A DNA stretch of 64,000 bases from Candidatus Omnitrophota bacterium. GTDB lineage: Bacteria; Omnitrophota; Omnitrophia; Omnitrophales; Aquincolibacteriaceae. The notes under the pieces were generated by a model. That model searched no databases. It was not told the origin of the DNA and was given only the letters and a program-made list of their open reading frames with translations. This document shows positions 61,901 to 64,000 of the stretch, in pieces. How positions within the stretch are numbered: the stretch's first letter is position 1; every line of letters begins with the position of its first letter. The stretch spans positions 5,440-69,439 of the forward strand of contig JBDRCT010000003.1 of NCBI GenBank assembly GCA_043821445.1, read 5' to 3'. The translations under genes were made by a program, and so were the position numbers.

Positions 61901-64000
61901 CCGCCCTTGTTAAACGCCAGATGACCGGGATCGCCCTCGTCCACATCAATGATAAAAACCCGGTTGTTTGCGCGAAATAATTTCTTCAAGTGGATATGTG
62001 CACCAACAATTCCGGCACAGCCAAGTCTCGTCAAGTAATTATCAAGAACAGCTTCATTGACCCGGGGCTCGGCACCGTCAACGGAGGAGCCGAAGAATTG
62101 ATCAATCCAGTCTTTTTTCTTGGCCCAAAATATATCTTTTGCGCTCAAAAAATACCCTGTCAGATGATCCTGATTGGCTTTTATTTCCAACCTCGGATCG
62201 TTCTCTAACCCCTTTTGAATGGCCGACCATTCTTCCCCAAGCCTCTCCAATGCTTCCCGGTCGATCGTGGGATTTCCGTCCTTGTTCATGGGAATACCGG
62301 CATGGACATGAAGGAACCCGCGCTCGTCCTCGGCAAAAAGTTTGAAATTCCGAACCATCCAGAGAGCCAGCTCTTGAACAGAGGAAAGATCCCGGACCAG
62401 CCAATCCGCTGCATAACCGCCAACCTTCTGTTCTGCTTCATTCATTTCCTTTAATGACTCTAAGAGCATTCTTTCGTCACCTGTCTTGCGTGCCTGGCTA
62501 TATTTTTGGATTGCCCGTCGATATTTAATTGCTGCTTGATTTGCCGCCTCGACTTCTCCCGGCCGGAATGGAAATCCAAACTCCTTGAGCGTTGCACAGG
62601 CGCCATTGATAATCCAATCCGTAAACGTACTCGGATCCTTTAATAGAACGGATTCGATCATAAAAACATCGTGGTTCCCGAGGAATAGGTCAACCTTGAT
62701 ATTGGGATGATCTTGGGTAAGTTGGACCAGTTCCTGAAAGATCTCCCAGACCCTTTTGTTTTGGCCTCCGCGGTCAAATCCGTCTCCGTGACCCATGATG
62801 TGAAGGGGCTTCCCGGTCCTGGCAGCTTCCTTTGCCTCCGACAGGATCGCTTCCAGATCCCCCACTTTCCCGTGCTTATCCCCGAATGTTAATATCTCGG
62901 GAATTTCACGGCCCTCCGCATCACGACCTGTTGCAATACGCTCCTGGGAACCTTTCAGGTAGTCGATCCTTTTTCTGTAATACTCTTTCGTTCCTGGCAC
63001 CTCCCGCATTTCGGAACGGGTAACGGGAGGCTGTTGTTCTTCGGCTTTTGGCGCCACCGTTGATCCGGCATTTATGTTAAGTTCTGCTAGAGCATTAATT
63101 AATGCATTGATCCGCGCGGATCTTTCCGCGTCTAGGCGATCTACATTTTGTTCTTTGACTACTTTTAAAGCCTGCAGGACCGTCGCTCCTAGAGCCTGTT
63201 GCCGTGTCCGTATCAAGCTCAAAACATCTTCCGGTTTTCCCCCAAGGACGCGCTGAAGATCCTGGGGATCGATCGAAGCCACATCGCGTACGGCTTGAAC
63301 CAGGAACTCAGGACCCGCTTCACTCAACGCTTTCAACACCAAGGGACCATCGAATGAGAACGGCGTACCGATCGGCTGGATTCCGGCAGCATTGGTCAGG
63401 TCATAGAGGACATAGTAGCGGCGTCCGTCGATCGTGGAAATACCGACATTATGGTCCAGTTTAAAATCGGTGGCCCCGGTAAGCGCCAAAAACGCCAGGA
63501 TCTTCTCGATCCCCGAAGTACGCGGGTCAGCCAACTCCGGCAAAGTCAGATCGTTTGCATCACGGGACAAAATGGCGGTCACAGAATTCAGAGAATTGAT
63601 GTCGTAGCGCAAACCCATAATCTGCGCGTTCCAATATCTGGAAAATTTTTCGGGCATTGATAAATCTTCCACAGAGATCTCGGTCCAGCGCGGTATGTTT
63701 ACACCCGCAAGCGCTGCTAACTGATACCCTCTCTTTTCTTTCTGCATTTCTGAAGGTGTGTCCAGTTTTAGGTACCATTTTTCATTCGTGGTCCTGTCGT
63801 TGACGTACCAGGCGTATTCCGGAGCTCTTTTCAAAACCTCTAAATCGACCGCTTTGGGAAACACCGCCGCGGCTCCCCCTTGATCCCGCACTTCGGACCG
63901 GGAAAGAACTTTCTTCAAACCCAAGTTGAGTTTGTGTTTTAACTCCTCCGTGAATTCCTCCGGGATGATCTTTCCCGTAGGCAACTTCACGGCACTATTC
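52987..64000 (-). CDS. giant modular polyprotein-like protein (5' end outside the window, at least 3,667 aa) with RSE[MVIT]R-delimited enzyme modules
   Basis: Uninterrupted 11-kb ORF; frame is still open upstream of GTG 63990; several recognisable enzyme motifs separated by ten RSExR motifs. Confidence 0.9.
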   Translation of the reverse strand, partial: NSAVKLPTGKIIPEEFTEELKHKLNLGLKKVLSRSEVRDQGGAAAVFPKAVDLEVLKRAPEYAWYVNDRTTNEKWYLKLDTPSEMQKEKRGYQLAALAGVNIPRWTEISVEDLSMPEKFSRYWNAQIMGLRYDINSLNSVTAILSRDANDLTLPELADPRTSGIEKILAFLALTGATDFKLDHNVGISTIDGRRYYVLYDLTNAAGIQPIGTPFSFDGPLVLKALSEAGPEFLVQAVRDVASIDPQDLQRVLGGKPEDVLSLIRTRQQALGATVLQALKVVKEQNVDRLDAERSARINALINALAELNINAGSTVAPKAEEQQPPVTRSEMREVPGTKEYYRKRIDYLKGSQERIATGRDAEGREIPEILTFGDKHGKVGDLEAILSEAKEAARTGKPLHIMGHGDGFDRGGQNKRVWEIFQELVQLTQDHPNIKVDLFLGNHDVFMIESVLLKDPSTFTDWIINGACATLKEFGFPFRPGEVEAANQAAIKYRRAIQKYSQARKTGDERMLLESLKEMNEAEQKVGGYAADWLVRDLSSVQELALWMVRNFKLFAEDERGFLHVHAGIPMNKDGNPTIDREALERLGEEWSAIQKGLENDPRLEIKANQDHLTGYFLSAKDIFWAKKKDWIDQFFGSSVDGAEPRVNEAVLDNYLTRLGCAGIVGAHIHLKKLFRANNRVFIIDVDEGDPGHLAFNKGGIQFNGASGRIDPIATKEEVLAGMDAEIARLEELLEKAPDAGQVSPAIPRTEGPRSSPASPLDSEAFREMEAHWKELIRGSTPETMDEVYIQALTEMDQLSREPGRGEQFRKDFFFWLEEKVKRRELTYGKALGQAIRMLGEDPDPIAAFSALDAALLDDRGAHKEDFKATLAAMLRSAGKETTINVLAGLAGEENKKNDHWDRFNEDGSVDDLFSASRENMKFLQLVGDQRVSLEVRAKLIERYKRIRRSLLAEQAARPMIDRILRKHPELFSGRSEMRDEKAVFIYDVIPGLEKREEEIRRVWDEAWIAAGRQAKVETSAPRVRGVSAKLKRNASLVLLAASLNFSNPVFWARTAPVAAFVMTAGTACSQGARGLSVVAPSDIPVGYTAFRDLPAEAKKVLEEAWAEIAAMAPNSRDPVVRDLLADPNWQNHVFVSPNSTDRPGGGAGGRAYSQLIAVDQGALDWVLKDRNAAWEIFTGTLLHELIHMAHYQQGLAGSRSFLAEENVTRVETAEFFKTRYYVFDPPKYDPAKAASVPLAVTRYDPNSDGYKTPPVPDSVVVFSISSSGLINAYPGQLSQAVINWAVQNSRSEIRDEDKVRLRIIIPKSELARIKRTLVIGTLSLVLLIGGAVYYVFHNALLPGKPSTVSTALVAPVRALTPFDLEALQGDLTAIDTENIQDERMQRIVRHYLDTMVFLRDSERTLYPGISEKERAERIQHLAFAAIYLTYLENPTFEPYQKKKGPAAGPFQIEAQSAVDVFREAMMAPEGSPVRQLIEKNWTPGVDAFYKALKSPTYNTLDLDNIRKKKRGRPETARVRESIASDPTLQHLLWRLFILIRMEPSAQDVAGRPGEKDGWPRFHRKYNTPYLGDTAKPRNEGEEADLHYGLATYLKAVAVKAFAAELVERTMGEALSDSYRKQTAALFKNLTVDLYQVEHVNVPLTNSLRRIRDAESLAEAIRGEMDKPAKERNLKKLQQYRNRISINLRNLAKLETGYLGEAGRMLKKLEGYSNKGYTAAEWEMIKNEAAKAVRDAKDTVERLTPELNQYARQLDPILKTPPKTVKPSPQKAKAGKAATPKGKGRSEMRQEEVQIFSRRNLLLGALGLSLGIGVAQKATVDHWSSEGTREFDPKKYEFRIVERKDIKQLLAEGWTYVSNANPFREISRRAIGWFRLSEDAQDRAFIENGSAMLKGIFLLNRNGDVLIRPAEGFRPENYPKEQWAQGFQAGPMAITEGNLNPNIENWHKSIFSGRKSVVGVDPSGRVHTLDIFGWDIFGWTGPTTAKLIEALENWHTTYDIKEALFVDGGDTGDRFTQQTPATALMAFPRSEMRTEKITQEKIDEINEQLRGLEVAMREGGAVDVYSSPPTSHKAAVADLLNLQVAVEGGLKITHRNSETGEIETVTIPASTRLTPETAEKLGIRVEPDAFKSSDGWGTQDDGKEQRLKYLRAHPSVTDLQNFRFYMSDFDKIGAKNLALGGKGIVGVMSLERSGEHLITPKDSPVLDYRKTILVIAKKYGLEVYRGVGGDEIIFVPARKVTQEDLENFLRDLNEEFFGRYAVLEVEKTLTENEAKIFESKEYASVLSAVLYAGSTYIRVDRRKLDAEGKWQDFLRDLHTKLNLEGDQLHEIRFEKIQSENATPQKWGFLTISIGAAPAAGNPEFPEQSGVLDYFKEVMKDVKHEDGGNYWTYIKDDVETLRPERIELFDECAMWLANDALSEAKKKRNQVKVGIFVKKEVTRDKIEEVSKKLAERASSSEKRDPKIIDTLTGLLTEGAGQEAARKVDIKETRHLIVLGYKGQAIPRAFHEYQNMDGVGYKGGDQAITAVSGSARELFGVKDEETVPEMLERGEIIFRVAPDEIVEVFHGDVQRNRGPPTTIETFDKAGLKLEEELKKIPGTPETTSPILLLIIAQQADLERLNGLASQLTPLQKIDNVMKMAAWLSDVVKAVSPEDLEKAMDVDEGKYGKIARFNPAKAPALLFLFYKAQREKARQSLDELGGRRVPYSELIAEKPVSRSEMRKGVLTKVGTEVVTIETHDGVLDYLRERFRERKQRGEANPALPILVNFDAHPDVGTWTQQYLVPINEGNWGSRALREGLITYFVHVPPSEKILGPVAIRIWTMQKIGWWFRPVIVELKGKELDQLAGKIFGTETFVTVCADAYSLQESPPEWITVNMRKELGTAGYHTDPNNFGKQSTPLLDFLNRYGLQPDPKVYLTKSPDWVGPQVDEAYLESLAGHLKEAIPSARSETREDILGYLTVSVKKRQILSNEKANEIASWLLSPSAGEPLRLDLVQQTLDYIFRIRAFTKKPCDELLKLLSQKLRESMEIEEKQTGSLFEWMMENQVVPRNVPAEVFEDFFRTYLSQYRIDQNPQGRFFYNLPPGLDSKTKLVLATQNMKKMEQMFAPEFRRRQSVQIARISGTPYLIEMRYGFGKGSSGVLIAIGEAIGERTQWIYRIGVDTQQAENGEALRVAVITGGLNQKEQIRETFPQRIGLHPGLALLCVALGLAQQKGFAVLSGIKGKYIPIQKYVLEANPGAIYDRFKMNGGRGENEYARWRTVSDLLAIWESEPPKVKESWAEGARKMFATFRDLEEVSIDKLNDFVEREFTDQMPGGAPGTEKRSEVREAEAAKIEKTRVAAELKAVGKRLETESPGAEPGTQRSEMRVVREAISPADMLVVEQAKIGPNVEAVNNLEVQGAKGPVIVAAVAGMVFDDGLKAEQMADVIVQLANASAAKTAGWVTAIRDVFTGLAGALFGKTTQIEIMDKQGLEIELVPADAIIEPADLGTLVNKMQGKVMVLMADGAAEVAAAEQRKRGMEQRLAKTLKELNAEKRFDIIVVDKNNPETALNNFITSKMKTMPAISRGPLGYVFMGSDQFLKVFKTDTGRGLMIKEPYSTDVSRRVATSTLASIVSQRILSASEVDAIKEVLNGEKDENGFRSFSQDALSKMLVIAMQALQAIQSAA
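53890..63900 (-). repeat. ten dispersed 15-bp / 5-aa junction motifs, consensus CGN-TCC-GAR-ATG-CGG (RSEMR)
   Basis: Copies at 63886-63900, 63004-63018, 61063-61077, 60115-60129, 58633-58647, 57901-57915, 55831-55845, 55138-55152, 54010-54024, 53890-53904. Confidence 0.92.

Noticed and set aside
63988-63990. GTG at 63990 as the start of the giant ORF
   Set aside because: The frame stays open to the window edge (AAT AGT GCC upstream), so the real start is probably outside the window

Overview
64-kb bacterial chromosomal window with almost every gene on the minus strand (the only supported plus-strand gene is a GT2 glycosyltransferase). It is most likely Omnitrophota or another PVC-group diderm; this is an inference from gene content. 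It holds housekeeping blocks (tatD-metG-holB-tmk-cysS-ispDF-PIN/TRAM, Mla-type ABC, clpC-mcsB-mcsA-ilvE, lolCD, lysS), a Planctomycete-like type II FAS/PKS cluster (KS plus inactive KS, long ACP, two dehydratases, PPTase, thioester reductase, methyltransferase), CCA enzyme, rmuC, RNase E/G, a type IV pilus locus with two PilB ATPases and a stand-alone MshEN protein, and rimO-pgsA/pgpA-cinA-thpR. The stand-out feature is the 3' part (at least 3,667 aa, running off the window edge) of a giant ORF. It is a string of unrelated enzyme modules: kinase-like, metallophosphoesterase, HExxH protease, lysozyme-like, NAGPA, GGDEF-like, UPF0489-like and possibly VirK-like. The modules are delimited by ten copies of an RSE[M/V/I/T]R motif that is also conserved at codon level (CGN-TCC-GAR-ATG-CGG, often with short inverted arms). 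Three consecutive modules begin with export-signal-like segments. This looks like a cassette-assembled polyprotein system, either cleaved by a protease or shuffled by recombination. All domain calls are from motifs read by eye; no searches were run.
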